From positions 736,001 through 800,000 of the forward strand of contig JBEPYN010000001.1 of NCBI GenBank assembly GCA_041641305.1: a DNA stretch of 64,000 nt. The letters run 5' to 3'. Of this stretch, positions 19,491 through 29,479 are shown in pieces; within the stretch, counting starts at the first letter, position 1; each line of letters begins with the position of its first letter. Below the pieces are notes generated by a model that saw only the letters and a program-made list of their open reading frames with translations, made no database searches and was not told the DNA's origin. The position numbers and the translations under genes were made by a program. The DNA comes from Nitrososphaerota archaeon. GTDB taxonomy: Archaea; Thermoproteota; Nitrososphaeria_A; Caldarchaeales; Caldarchaeaceae.

Positions 19491-21170
19491 GCTAAGCTAC
19501 AGAAGTGGGTTGTCTGCGGGGCCTGGCCCTATATCAACACAGTTCCACACCTCGGCACACTCATAGGCTCCGAGCTTTCAGCCGACGTTTTCGCACGCTA
19601 CCTCAGGGCCAAGGGCTACAGAGTTGTCTTTGTCAGCGGCTCTGACGAGCATGGCACACCCATCGAGGTTGAGGCGGCCAAGAGAGGAGTAGACCCACGC
19701 GAAATAACCGACAAAAACCACGCCATCGTCGTCGACCTCTTCAACAAGTTCCACATCTCCTTCGACAACTACACCCGGACACACAACCCAACACACATAA
19801 CCTTCTGCCAAAAATTCTTCAGGAAAATATACGAAAACGGATACATCTACGAGGAGGATGTCAGCCAGCTCTACTGCAGAAACTGTGGAAGGTTTCTGCC
19901 CGACAGGTTTGTTACAGGTGTTTGCCCTTCATGCGGCTACCAACGTGCACGCGGCGACCAGTGCGAGTCATGCGGAAAAGTCCTCGACCCACTTGACCTA
20001 CTCGAGCCACGGTGCAGCATCTGCGGCGAAAAACCCGTCGTAGAATCGAGCAGGCACTGGTTCTTCGACTTGCCCCGGTTTAGCGAAAGGTTGAGAGAAT
20101 GGCTGAACACAAACACTTTTTTGTCTGAGAAGGTGCGGAACTTCAGCCTCAGCTGGATAAGGGAGGGCCTTAAGCCAAGGGCCGTTACACGTGACAACCT
20201 CTGGGGCATTCCCGCACCTTTCCCAGGCGCGGGCAACAAAACCATCTACGTATGGTTTGAGGCGGTGCTAGGCTACGTGAGCGCAACGGTTGAATGGGCG
20301 GAGAAGAGGGGGGAGCCCGAGCTCTGGAGAGAGTTCTGGCTAAGCCCAGACACGAGGTCAGCCTATTTCATCGGCAAAGACAACATACCCTTCCACACAG
20401 TCATCCTCCCCGCCCTCCTCCTCGCAACACATGAGCCATACATCCTCCCACACATAGTCTCGGCCACAGAATACCTCACTTTCGAGGGCAAAAAATTCTC
20501 CAAAAGCCTCGGCGTAGGAATATGGCTCGACCAAGCCATCGCCATGCTCGAAGCCGACATCTGGCGATACTACCTCATCAAGATAAGGCCCGAAACAGGT
20601 GACACAAACTTCAGCTACGATGGGCTGCAGGCGGTTGTCAACTCCGACCTCAACAACGACCTCGGCAACTTCGTCCACCGCGTCCTCACATTCATAAACA
20701 ACAACTTCGACGGAAAAATCCCCGAAGCAACAGATTTGACAGAAGAAGACAAGGCGATGCTGACGGCGATAGAGAAGACATTCAACGAGGTGGATAGCCT
20801 TCTCTCTGAAGCGAGGGAGAAACAGGCCCTCGAAACAGTCATCCAACTCGCCCGCGAAGGAAACGTCTACTTCAACAGGCGGGAGCCATGGCGGCTCGTC
20901 AAGACGAGGAAAGAAGAGGCCGCAACGGTTCTTCACGTGGCTGCACAAGTTTTGAAAGCTCTCGCCCTGCTCCTGTCACCTTTCACACCCGCCACCACGC
21001 ACAGGATACTCGAGCTAATAGGCCAGCGCGAAACAGCTCTAACATGGCTTGGTGAAAAACCATGGCACCTCCCAGCGGGCACACCCATAGCCAAGCCTGT
21101 CCCCCTATTCGAGAAACTCAGCGAAGAGAAGCTCAACGCAATACGTGCAGGCGCTTCATCCGCTCACTGA
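19491..21170 (+). CDS. metG: Methionine--tRNA ligase (5' end lacks a canonical in-frame start)
   Basis: Frame open from 19491: KWVVCGAWPYINTVPHLGT (HIGH), SGSDEHGTPI, Zn-knuckle CxxC pairs, IYVWFEA, GKDNIPFH, KFSKS; continuous with ORF 20070..21170. Confidence 0.93.
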   Translation, partial: AKLQKWVVCGAWPYINTVPHLGTLIGSELSADVFARYLRAKGYRVVFVSGSDEHGTPIEVEAAKRGVDPREITDKNHAIVVDLFNKFHISFDNYTRTHNPTHITFCQKFFRKIYENGYIYEEDVSQLYCRNCGRFLPDRFVTGVCPSCGYQRARGDQCESCGKVLDPLDLLEPRCSICGEKPVVESSRHWFFDLPRFSERLREWLNTNTFLSEKVRNFSLSWIREGLKPRAVTRDNLWGIPAPFPGAGNKTIYVWFEAVLGYVSATVEWAEKRGEPELWREFWLSPDTRSAYFIGKDNIPFHTVILPALLLATHEPYILPHIVSATEYLTFEGKKFSKSLGVGIWLDQAIAMLEADIWRYYLIKIRPETGDTNFSYDGLQAVVNSDLNNDLGNFVHRVLTFINNNFDGKIPEATDLTEEDKAMLTAIEKTFNEVDSLLSEAREKQALETVIQLAREGNVYFNRREPWRLVKTRKEEAATVLHVAAQVLKALALLLSPFTPATTHRILELIGQRETALTWLGEKPWHLPAGTPIAKPVPLFEKLSEEKLNAIRAGASSAH

Positions 21171-21427
21171 AAAGCGAGCGTTACCTCCCCGTCTCTCATC
21201 TCGATAACGAGTTTGGCCTTGCCGCGGCTCTCAGCCGCTATGCTTGAGGGAAGCGTTGCACGGCCGTAGCGGTCCAGCTTAAGAGAATGCTTGCCTCCGC
21301 CGTAGCTGACCTTTATTGTCTTGCCTTTCCCCGCCAACAACGGGATAACCGCCTGAGGCAGCCTTATTTTTCCATACTTTGTCAGGGTCGGCGGAATTTC
21401 TGACTCAAGCCGCAGGAAAACCTTCAC
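21164..21427 (-). CDS. Small protein with two AbrB/MazE-like motifs
   Basis: Internal repeat LTKYGKIRLP / LDRYGRATLP. Confidence 0.6.
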   Translation of the reverse strand: MKVFLRLESEIPPTLTKYGKIRLPQAVIPLLAGKGKTIKVSYGGGKHSLKLDRYGRATLPSSIAAESRGKAKLVIEMRDGEVTLAFQ

Positions 21428-21616
21428 AAGAGGAGAAACGTGTAGGAGGGTAATTAAAGGTTACTGATGCGTCTAAAAGCCTGTCGAGGAAAATTTTACC
21501 ATAATACATCAAGACCCGATACGGCAAAGCAGGAGCAACGATTCATCGATGGGAAAGTAGGCTGAGGGGATGTGGTTATGCATTTTTATGTTTATTTGTT
21601 GGTGATGTGTGCTGGG

Positions 21617-22339
21617 ATGTGGTTGAGCTCCGTTTCAGCTAATGTGAAAGAGGTTTCTGAGGCTGTCTCCATCTTTGATGAGGTGAGAAACGTGGGAGCC
21701 GTTGATGAGGGTTTCACGGTTTTCACGTGCAGCAATAAGGCGGCGGTCGGTCGTCTGAAGCCGGTGAAAGAGGGCGGCCTCTGGTTTGCTGTGCTTGTTT
21801 ATCCGAGGCAGAGTGCGACGACGTCTCCCCTGCTAATCCTGACCACTGCGTTATCGGTTGTGGAAGGCGTGGCCAAGACGACCGGGCTTCAACCTCTTCT
21901 CAGATGGCCCAACGAAGTCTCCCTACATGGCTCGGTTGTCGCAGCTGCCTCTGTTGAGATGGAGGTTGTCAACGACACGATAGCAAGAGCTTTCGCCGGC
22001 GCAGGCATTTACGTCAACTCAAAACCCACGGAGCATGAAACCTCGATAGCCGAGCAGGCCGGCGGAGAAATCGACCACATGCTTCTCCTCGAGAACATTC
22101 TCCAATCTTTCACGAGGAATTATCATCTCTATAAGGAGGGATGGCGCGTTGAGCTGCTGGACAAGATAAGGGACATGCTGGAGTATGTGCGGACGGTTGT
22201 GTCAGTCAACCTGTCACAGGGCACCCAGCTCATCGGGTTTCTCGAAGGCCTCGACGAGCTAGGACGCCTAATCCTCCGCGTCGACCAGGAAAGAATACCA
22301 CTGGCCCCCGCCGACGTCGAATCCGTTACCTTGTTTTAG
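21617..22339 (+). CDS. Degenerate biotin/lipoate ligase (BirA-like)
   Basis: GGLWFAV, LRWPNEV, GAGIYVN, C-terminal GLDELGRLIL; start uncertain (21572/21605/21617). Confidence 0.75.
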   Translation: MWLSSVSANVKEVSEAVSIFDEVRNVGAVDEGFTVFTCSNKAAVGRLKPVKEGGLWFAVLVYPRQSATTSPLLILTTALSVVEGVAKTTGLQPLLRWPNEVSLHGSVVAAASVEMEVVNDTIARAFAGAGIYVNSKPTEHETSIAEQAGGEIDHMLLLENILQSFTRNYHLYKEGWRVELLDKIRDMLEYVRTVVSVNLSQGTQLIGFLEGLDELGRLILRVDQERIPLAPADVESVTLF

Positions 22340-22373
22340 AAACGTTTTTCAACAGCTTTACCAAGGCTTTTGC

Positions 22374-23087
22374 ATGGTTCAGCCACAGCATTTGAAGACC
22401 CGTGAAATTGCTAAACGTGTCGTCGCAGCCGGCGACCCAGCACGTGTTGTCCAGCTCTCGAAGATGCTTGAGAACCCGCGTCTCGTCAACGAGAACAGAG
22501 GCTTCATAGCCTATACCGGAAAGTATGAGGGCGAGGATGTTACCGTCATCTGCCATGGGGTCGGCGGCCCCTCTTCAGCGATTGTTTTCGAGGAAGCAGT
22601 TATGCTCGGCGCGAGGCTGATCATCAGACTCGGCTCATGCGGCGCATTTCTCAAAGGTATGCAAATCGGTGAAGCAGTCATCCCCACAGCAGCATCCTAC
22701 ATAGGTGGAACACTTCAGCAATACATTCCAGACACACACATCACACCCGTGCCAAACTATGATGTCCTCACCACATTGGTTGACGAGTTTAGGCGAAGCG
22801 GGCTCAAGACATACATCGGCCCCGTTTTCTCCAGCGACGCCTTCTACGCCGAAGACCCCAACTTCGTCGCAAGATGGAGCGGCCTCGGGTACATAGCTGT
22901 TGAGATGGAGTGTGCAACGCTCTTCGGCCTCGGAATGCTCCGAAAATTCAAAACAGGCTCAGCTCTACTGATAAGCGATAACCTAGCAGAAATGACGCCC
23001 ATGGTCGACGCAGAACAGCTAAAAACCTATGTAGAGAAAGCGGGACGCGCCACATTATCAGCGGCCGTGAAAATTCCATTAGAATGA
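22374..23087 (+). CDS. deoD: Purine-nucleoside phosphorylase (DeoD type)
   Basis: GDPARV, HGVGGPS, IIRLGSCGA, SSDAFY, VEMECATL. Confidence 0.9.
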   Translation: MVQPQHLKTREIAKRVVAAGDPARVVQLSKMLENPRLVNENRGFIAYTGKYEGEDVTVICHGVGGPSSAIVFEEAVMLGARLIIRLGSCGAFLKGMQIGEAVIPTAASYIGGTLQQYIPDTHITPVPNYDVLTTLVDEFRRSGLKTYIGPVFSSDAFYAEDPNFVARWSGLGYIAVEMECATLFGLGMLRKFKTGSALLISDNLAEMTPMVDAEQLKTYVEKAGRATLSAAVKIPLE

Positions 23088-23188
23088 TTGTTCTAAACAG
23101 GCGCCGCCGATTTTAGAACCATTTCTCGGTTTATTCCGAACATCATGCGGTAGAGATGCCTTATTAGGTCCTGTGCGGCGGAGCCTTC

Positions 23189-24010
23189 ATGCGTGCACAG
23201 CTCGCGGTCTCCAGCCTGATCATCTTCGGCATAATTCTTGTTGGGCTGGGGTTCGCGGGGCTGCCCACCGTAATCACCTATGAAGAGACCGTGGCTTTAC
23301 AGACATCGAGCGCGACCAATGTGGTCGAGACAGAGGCCATAGCATGGACAACAACGCTGGAGCTTGCGGAGACTTTTGAGACCACTTTGGTGTCGACCAC
23401 GTTGTCCACGGTGACAGATGTGACAACAAGCACCTTGAAACGTGTGGCCGCCGAGGCCGTCAACCAAACAGTCTCACCCGAAGCCGCCTTAGTAACTGGC
23501 CCCATCACGATACAGCGGATGAGAAGCCTTGAGCTGTCGTGGAAGTCCAATAAAACCGTGGACATATACATCGCGGTCGGCGACTATCTAAACGCGTCCA
23601 GTTGGACACTGGTTGGCAGAGGCGTCGTCGGAAGCGCCGTCATCCCATTCACCGAAGAGGCAGAGGTTTACGTCATAACCGGTTCAGCTGGAGCTCATGC
23701 CTCTGTCTCGGTCACGGTTCTTGAGACATGGTCCGAGACCATCGCCGAAACCCGAACAAGCACATTGTCAACAACATTAACAACCACCATGACCTCGACA
23801 CGCTATCTCACAAGCGAGACAACCTACACCACCAGCTACACCACCGAGAAACAGGTCTACTATGTGACGACGCTGGTGACCACAGTAACCGAGACCCGCT
23901 ACCCCGACCTAACCTTCATGACCCTAATGGGGAGCTTCATAATCTTCGTAGGCATCCTGTTCATGATTCTTCTGCTGCGTACACTGGGAAAACCCGTGGA
24001 AAAAACATAG
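23189..24010 (+). CDS. Thr-rich membrane protein with N- and C-terminal TM helices
   Basis: Hydrophobic ends; two long Thr/Ser-rich tracts flank a central ~90-aa domain. Confidence 0.75.
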   Translation: MRAQLAVSSLIIFGIILVGLGFAGLPTVITYEETVALQTSSATNVVETEAIAWTTTLELAETFETTLVSTTLSTVTDVTTSTLKRVAAEAVNQTVSPEAALVTGPITIQRMRSLELSWKSNKTVDIYIAVGDYLNASSWTLVGRGVVGSAVIPFTEEAEVYVITGSAGAHASVSVTVLETWSETIAETRTSTLSTTLTTTMTSTRYLTSETTYTTSYTTEKQVYYVTTLVTTVTETRYPDLTFMTLMGSFIIFVGILFMILLLRTLGKPVEKT

Positions 24011-24023
24011 CGGCAACGGGTGC

Positions 24024-25019
24024 TTACTCTCTTACATAGGGTTTTCCAAGAGCTTTGGGGAATCGTCGGGTGGATGGAAAGAGGGCTAGGACGGCCACGG
24101 TCACTATGTATGGAAGCATCATGATGAAATGGAACGGGACGGCTTCTTTCACTGAAGGCGTCACAACCACGGCGAACGCGAGGCCCTCCGCGAACCCGAA
24201 GATGAATGTGGCCGCGAGGGCAGTCAACGGGTTAAGTCCTGAGAAAACCACGGCGGCCAAGGCTATGAACCCGCGGCCGGCCGTTATCTCCTTCACAAGT
24301 CCTCCGAACCATCCCAGAGGCATGAAGGCCCCGCCCACACCCGCGAGAAAACCGCCGACAATGCTTGCGAAAAGCCTCACTCTGTAGACGCTGAGGCCAG
24401 CCACGTCGACGGACTCTGGTTTCTCGCCCGCGGCTCTCAGCCTGATTCCGAGAAGAGTTTTGTTTAGGAGGAGGTATGCCGCGAAGGCGGCTGCTATTGC
24501 TGTAAGCGATATGGGGCTGACAGCCAGTTCTCCTCCGAGAAGCGGTATGGATATGCGTGGCACGACGAGTATCCTTGGAAAGATGTGGATACCGGGGAAA
24601 GCCCATATCGCCATGAGAAGATACTGGAAAAGGCCGATGGCTAAGATGTTGAGGCCCATTCCGGCGACGACCTGCTCAGCTCTTCCGTAGACGTTTAGAA
24701 TCCCCAGCACACCGCCTATCAACGCGCCAAAAACCCCACCCATTAAAAGCCCCATCAACCCTGACTCAAACACCTCGGCCCAGAAAACACCCGCCACAGC
24801 CGAAATCAGAAATATCCCCTCGATGCCTATGTTGATTTGCCCAGATTTCTCGTTGATACATTCGCCGACGGCTGCGAAGGCGAGAGGTGTCAGGGCGAGC
24901 AGCGCAAACTCTATCAACCTTGTGGGCCTGAGGCCGAAAAAGGACAGCGCATACATCGTCGCTGCGGCGGCTGCAAATCCTATCAATAGCCAGAAAACCC
25001 TAAGACGACGTGGCTTCAC
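24024..25019 (-). CDS. Nucleoside ABC transporter permease
   Basis: EKSGQINIGIEG, LRAAGEKPESVDVAG, AGRGFIALAAV. Confidence 0.93.
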   Translation of the reverse strand: MKPRRLRVFWLLIGFAAAAATMYALSFFGLRPTRLIEFALLALTPLAFAAVGECINEKSGQINIGIEGIFLISAVAGVFWAEVFESGLMGLLMGGVFGALIGGVLGILNVYGRAEQVVAGMGLNILAIGLFQYLLMAIWAFPGIHIFPRILVVPRISIPLLGGELAVSPISLTAIAAAFAAYLLLNKTLLGIRLRAAGEKPESVDVAGLSVYRVRLFASIVGGFLAGVGGAFMPLGWFGGLVKEITAGRGFIALAAVVFSGLNPLTALAATFIFGFAEGLAFAVVVTPSVKEAVPFHFIMMLPYIVTVAVLALFPSTRRFPKALGKPYVRE

Positions 25020-26089
25020 CGTGTCTCACCCCTAATTCTTGGGAAAAATTTCTTGATTAAATCAAGGGCCGCGGGGACTGCCAGCGCCAGTATGATTATG
25101 CCGTTTATGGCTCTGACGATTTCCGAGGCTACTCCGGCCTCGAACTCCATGAACCGTCCTCCGTGTAGTAGGCCACCGTAGAAGATGCTTGCGAAGATTA
25201 TTCCTACTGGGTGGTTGCGGCCTACTAGGGCTACTCCTATTCCTTCGAACCCGAGGTTGATGAGGTTGCCCATGGTCGCGAAAACTGTCCAATGAGGAGG
25301 CCTGCCCAGCACCTGCGAAACTCCTGCAAGACCCGCGGCCAGCCCGCCGATGAAGAAACTCATTATCATCGTCTTTGAAATGTTTATTCCAGCGTATCGT
25401 GCTACTTCTTGGTTATGGCCCACAACCCGCAGCTCGTAGCCGACAGTTGTTCGCCATAGCAGGAAATAGATCATGAGCGAAAAAGCTATCACAACTATGA
25501 AGACAGTGGTCAGAGACGAGCCTAGGACAATGTAACGTGCTGTTTCCTGTGCGGGAATCGCTCTCTCAGCTCTCGCCGGATCGGCTAAGTGGTAGGTTAT
25601 CAGGTATGTGACAAGCCAGAAGGCAATCCAGTTCAGCATTATCGTGGAAACAACTTCATGTACTCCTCTGCTGATTTTTAGAAGGGCCGCGGGCATACTC
25701 CAAACCGCTGCAGCAACCATACCGAAAATTGTGGCGAAGACCAGATGTATGATAGGGGGTAGGTTTAACGCTCCTCCGACGAAGGCCGCTCCTATGGCTC
25801 CTATGTACATCTGGCCCTCTGCACCTATGTTAAACAAGCCTGAGCGGATGCCTATGGCGAAGGTAAGGCCCGTCATTATAAGTGGTGTGGCGAAAGCGAG
25901 GGTTTCGAGGAAACCCGAGAAGTCTCCGAATGCTCCGAGAAAAAGCGCTCGATAGGCTTTGACGAAATCGTAGCCGTAGACCGCCATGAGGGCTGCGCCG
26001 CCCACGAGGCCCACGGCCACGGCGAGCATGGATTCAGCTAACTTCTTTAAGGTTTTACGGACTTTTCTGGATAAATTTTGTTGCATCAT
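25016..26089 (-). CDS. Nucleoside ABC transporter permease
   Basis: GLFNIGAEGQ, HEVVSTIMLN, VGHNQEVARYAGI, GIGVALVGRNHPVG. Confidence 0.93.
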   Translation of the reverse strand: MMQQNLSRKVRKTLKKLAESMLAVAVGLVGGAALMAVYGYDFVKAYRALFLGAFGDFSGFLETLAFATPLIMTGLTFAIGIRSGLFNIGAEGQMYIGAIGAAFVGGALNLPPIIHLVFATIFGMVAAAVWSMPAALLKISRGVHEVVSTIMLNWIAFWLVTYLITYHLADPARAERAIPAQETARYIVLGSSLTTVFIVVIAFSLMIYFLLWRTTVGYELRVVGHNQEVARYAGINISKTMIMSFFIGGLAAGLAGVSQVLGRPPHWTVFATMGNLINLGFEGIGVALVGRNHPVGIIFASIFYGGLLHGGRFMEFEAGVASEIVRAINGIIILALAVPAALDLIKKFFPRIRGETR

Positions 26090-26113
26090 GATGAAAAAAT
26101 GAGGTAGGGTTGT

Positions 26114-27607
26114 TTAGCCGAGAAGTTCACGCCATCTATCGACTTCTTCCTTGGTCAGCACCATGGGTACCTGGACTTGCCCGCTTCTTATCTTGCTCTC
26201 CAGCTCTGTCAAAGCGTCCCAAATCCATGTCGGCAGATTGTTCCGCATCTCCGTTACCTTCCGACGGATTTCTTCAGGAGCCATGGGTAGAACCTTCTTT
26301 CCGGTCAGCTGCTCCGCGTTGACACCCATTCTGATGAATTCATCCAAGTCTGCGAGGGTGCTCACCGAGATTCCCTCCATAGCGAGGTTGCCTACCTTAG
26401 TGCCGATGCCGAGAACCAGCACACCGTTCGTCTCAGCCACTACTTCCTTGAATTTCCCAATCACCGTGAGAAGCGCAGCATAGTATACACCTCTGTCCAC
26501 ACGCTTCATCATGCTGGCGATGACGAAGCCGGGGTTAATCCAGTCCTGGTTAGCGTCTACACCTATCCAGTATGGCGGCCCGTTTGTGAGCCCTTTCTCG
26601 GTCGCTATTTCCTGGATAGCCTGATTAATTCCTAGACCAAGCGGCCCGGCGATGTTGTACACCGCTATCGCCTGCTGCTCATACATGGATTTAGCGGCTG
26701 CGTATCCCTTGGTTATGTCGCTGAAAGTGCCCGTGTATGTCCAGAGCACGCGGCCCTTGTACCAGCACTGGCCTGCCTGTGGGCAGTATAGGCCGTTGTT
26801 CCAGTTAGGTCCGGAGCCGTATATCCCGTCCTCGCCTATGATGGGAGCCCGTCTTCCGAAACGCTGTTCATACCACTTCAGGCCCCAGTCGCATCCCCAC
26901 TTGTAGCCTATCTCGAATTTCCATAGAACAGGTATCTCTATCCCGAAGACTCCGCCGATGTATGGATAGTTTCCTCCCTGTTCATTGTAGTATGCTGCGA
27001 GTAGACAGCCGAGCGCGCCGACCATGGCGCTGCCTTTATGCTCCTCGTAAACGATGTCAAGCATGTTTGGCAGTGGCTTGCCGTTTTGTTGAACCGCGAG
27101 CGCTTGTGTGAACGTGTCTATTCCGGCGAAGTTTTTGTCCGGATATTTGCTGGCGACTTCTAGAAGTGCTTCGCTGAGGAGGAAGCCTACTCCTACGATG
27201 AGTTTGACGTCGGGGTCACGGGCGGCTGTCTCGAGGTTGGGGACGTAGTCGGCCTCCGTTTTGCTAATCAACTCAACCATTTGGACCCCTAAATCTTTCT
27301 CGGCCTCGTCCCCGCCTTTGAACGCCATGTCGTTGAAGGAGAGGTCTCCGCGGCCACCTACGTCGGAGATGACGGCTATCTTGATGGTTCCGGGTGAAAT
27401 GGGACGCTCTACCGTAACCGTTGATGTTACAACACGAGTGGTGGTGATTGTTTGCGCCGAGCCTCCGACGGTGGTGGTTGTCGTGACAGTTTCAACGATT
27501 CTTTGCCCCGACTGTGTCCAACCAACTGCTCCGGCAATAATCGCGACAACAAGCAGGACAGCGAGGATAGATTCGGTTCTCGTCAAGGCTTTCCGACTCA
27601 TACGCAT
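26114..27607 (-). CDS. BMP-family (nucleoside) ABC substrate-binding protein
   Basis: N-terminal TM plus Thr linker; DVGGRGDLSFND, IGVDANQD, SMMKRVD. Confidence 0.92.
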   Translation of the reverse strand: MRMSRKALTRTESILAVLLVVAIIAGAVGWTQSGQRIVETVTTTTTVGGSAQTITTTRVVTSTVTVERPISPGTIKIAVISDVGGRGDLSFNDMAFKGGDEAEKDLGVQMVELISKTEADYVPNLETAARDPDVKLIVGVGFLLSEALLEVASKYPDKNFAGIDTFTQALAVQQNGKPLPNMLDIVYEEHKGSAMVGALGCLLAAYYNEQGGNYPYIGGVFGIEIPVLWKFEIGYKWGCDWGLKWYEQRFGRRAPIIGEDGIYGSGPNWNNGLYCPQAGQCWYKGRVLWTYTGTFSDITKGYAAAKSMYEQQAIAVYNIAGPLGLGINQAIQEIATEKGLTNGPPYWIGVDANQDWINPGFVIASMMKRVDRGVYYAALLTVIGKFKEVVAETNGVLVLGIGTKVGNLAMEGISVSTLADLDEFIRMGVNAEQLTGKKVLPMAPEEIRRKVTEMRNNLPTWIWDALTELESKIRSGQVQVPMVLTKEEVDRWRELLG

Positions 27608-27646
27608 TTTCCAACCCTTGAGGTTATATAAACTTTCTTGAAAATT

Positions 27647-28486
27647 TTATCTCAGTTTCTTCACAATGTTCATCAGCTTCTTTACTCTTTCGGGTTCGAC
27701 GGGGTTCCAGAATTTTCCGTCTCGTCTCAAGTATGAGCCTACGATGGCGCCGTCGGCTACTTTCAGCAGGGTTTCGGCGTTGTCCGCGTTTAGGCCGCTG
27801 CCTATCAAAACAGGTAACGAGGTTGCTTGTTTAGCTCTCACCACTTTTTCCAACGGTGTCTCGGCACCTGTCCTCGTTCCCGAAACTATGATGGCGTCGG
27901 CGTCGAAGAACTCTGCATCAGCCACCTGCTCCTCGAAAGGTCTATCACTTATGATGAAGTGGCTCCCATGCTTCACGTTAACATCCGCGAAAACCCTCAC
28001 ATCATAAGCTCTGAGGTTCGCTCTGTATCTGAGCGCGTGATGAGCTATGGCTTCCACGAAGCCTTCGTCTGCTATGTATGCGTTGGCCCACTCGGCCGCC
28101 CGCACCCACTTACCTCCAGAGGCGACGCATGCGGCGATGGCTGGGATAACGCCGTTGGCTAAGCAGCATATACCCACAGGAAGCCCTGTGGATTTTCTCA
28201 CCTCACGGGCCACCACAGCCAGGATGGAGCTGGTCTCATGCCCGATATCATCCGGCTTCAAGTATGGATAGTCACCGATGTTCTCAACCTGGAGACCGTC
28301 AACATCGTTGCTTTTCAGAACCTCGGCGTCACGCAGTCCATATTCGATAATGTCTTCAACAGACATTCCCATGTAACGTGGCGCGCCAGGTAGAGGCGGG
28401 AGATGAATCATCGCGATGATAGGCTTCGGGTTCTTGAAAATTTCTTTCAAAGCATCTGGTTTCATGGGCAAAAGAGGTGAGGACAT
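27647..28486 (-). CDS. BtpA/SgcQ family protein
   Basis: MIHLPPLPGAP, ENIGDYPY, FADVNVKHG, IVSGTRTG, GSG, ADGAIVGS. Confidence 0.92.
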   Translation of the reverse strand: MSSPLLPMKPDALKEIFKNPKPIIAMIHLPPLPGAPRYMGMSVEDIIEYGLRDAEVLKSNDVDGLQVENIGDYPYLKPDDIGHETSSILAVVAREVRKSTGLPVGICCLANGVIPAIAACVASGGKWVRAAEWANAYIADEGFVEAIAHHALRYRANLRAYDVRVFADVNVKHGSHFIISDRPFEEQVADAEFFDADAIIVSGTRTGAETPLEKVVRAKQATSLPVLIGSGLNADNAETLLKVADGAIVGSYLRRDGKFWNPVEPERVKKLMNIVKKLR

Positions 28487-28517
28487 GCGGGAACATGGCT
28501 GTCTTGGTTTAAAAACT

Positions 28518-29402
28518 TTATAGATGCTCCAGTCTGCCGCCGATGGTTTTTACTGCAAGGGCTCCTAAACGTGTTGCGAGAAGGCCGCATTCGGTAACCG
28601 GCGACCCTTTCAGCATCTCGTGGAGAAAACCTGCGATGAATGCGTCCCCCGCACCTGTTCCGTCTACGCTTTCCACGGGTTGAGCAGGGAGTTTCAGGAC
28701 TTCGCCATCGGTCACGGCGATTTCACATCCTTCACCTCCTTTCTTATAGACAATCATGCAGCCCCATAGCCTTGACAAATCAGAGACAGAACCTACACCA
28801 AAATACCTCGCAACTACACGGTATTCCGCCGCGTTTAGAAAGACGCAGTCAACATGTCTAACGATATTTTTCAGAAGATATGGTTGGCTGGCTAGTGGTA
28901 TACACATGTCCAGCGTGATGGTGTTGTCTGCTTTTCCGAGAATTTTCAAGGCTGCTTCTCTCTGCGGGCCTTCGAGGAAGCTGTAGCCGGAGATATGTAG
29001 TAGAGATGCGTTTGTTAAAGCTTCGGCGGAGAGGTATTCATAGCTGAAGTGCTTATTTGCACCCCGGTACGCGAACATCGTGCGTTCTCCGTTTCTGCTC
29101 ACAATTATGTAGGTGATGCCTGTCATGTCAGCTGAGGTTTTCTGCACATGTGCTGTGTCCACTCCCACATCCTCCAGCCCCTTCACCAGCATATCGCCCA
29201 CAGGATCCTTTCCCACACAGCCCAACATCACCGCATCTGTTCCAAGCAAAACAAGTGTGTGCGCAACGTTTGCGGCTGAGCCACCGTGTCGGATGAATGC
29301 TTTCTCAGCCATGTCTTCATGCCCTTCCTCAGGAAACTTTTGATGAAACGCTATTATGTCGAGGTTGATATCACCGAGGACCGCGACCCTCCGCCGTTTC
29401 AA
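28518..29402 (-). CDS. PfkB-family carbohydrate/nucleoside kinase
   Basis: GGSAANVA, GERTM, DGTGAGDAFIAG. Confidence 0.92.
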   Translation of the reverse strand: MKRRRVAVLGDINLDIIAFHQKFPEEGHEDMAEKAFIRHGGSAANVAHTLVLLGTDAVMLGCVGKDPVGDMLVKGLEDVGVDTAHVQKTSADMTGITYIIVSRNGERTMFAYRGANKHFSYEYLSAEALTNASLLHISGYSFLEGPQREAALKILGKADNTITLDMCIPLASQPYLLKNIVRHVDCVFLNAAEYRVVARYFGVGSVSDLSRLWGCMIVYKKGGEGCEIAVTDGEVLKLPAQPVESVDGTGAGDAFIAGFLHEMLKGSPVTECGLLATRLGALAVKTIGGRLEHL

Positions 29403-29479
29403 TTTTTACACCTAGAGTGTCAGGAGGTTTTTTAAACTTACCGTAACTGATATAATCATCGTCTCCGAGAAGCTGGGAT

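Noticed and set aside
20070-21170. MetRS as a 366-aa truncated protein
   Set aside because: The frame extends to 19491 and includes the HIGH motif; the track start is an artefact.
23088-23188. Possible C/D-box sRNA or inverted repeat (GTTCTAAA/TTTAGAAC)
   Set aside because: No convincing C, D', C', D box set; the 8-bp repeat alone is weak.
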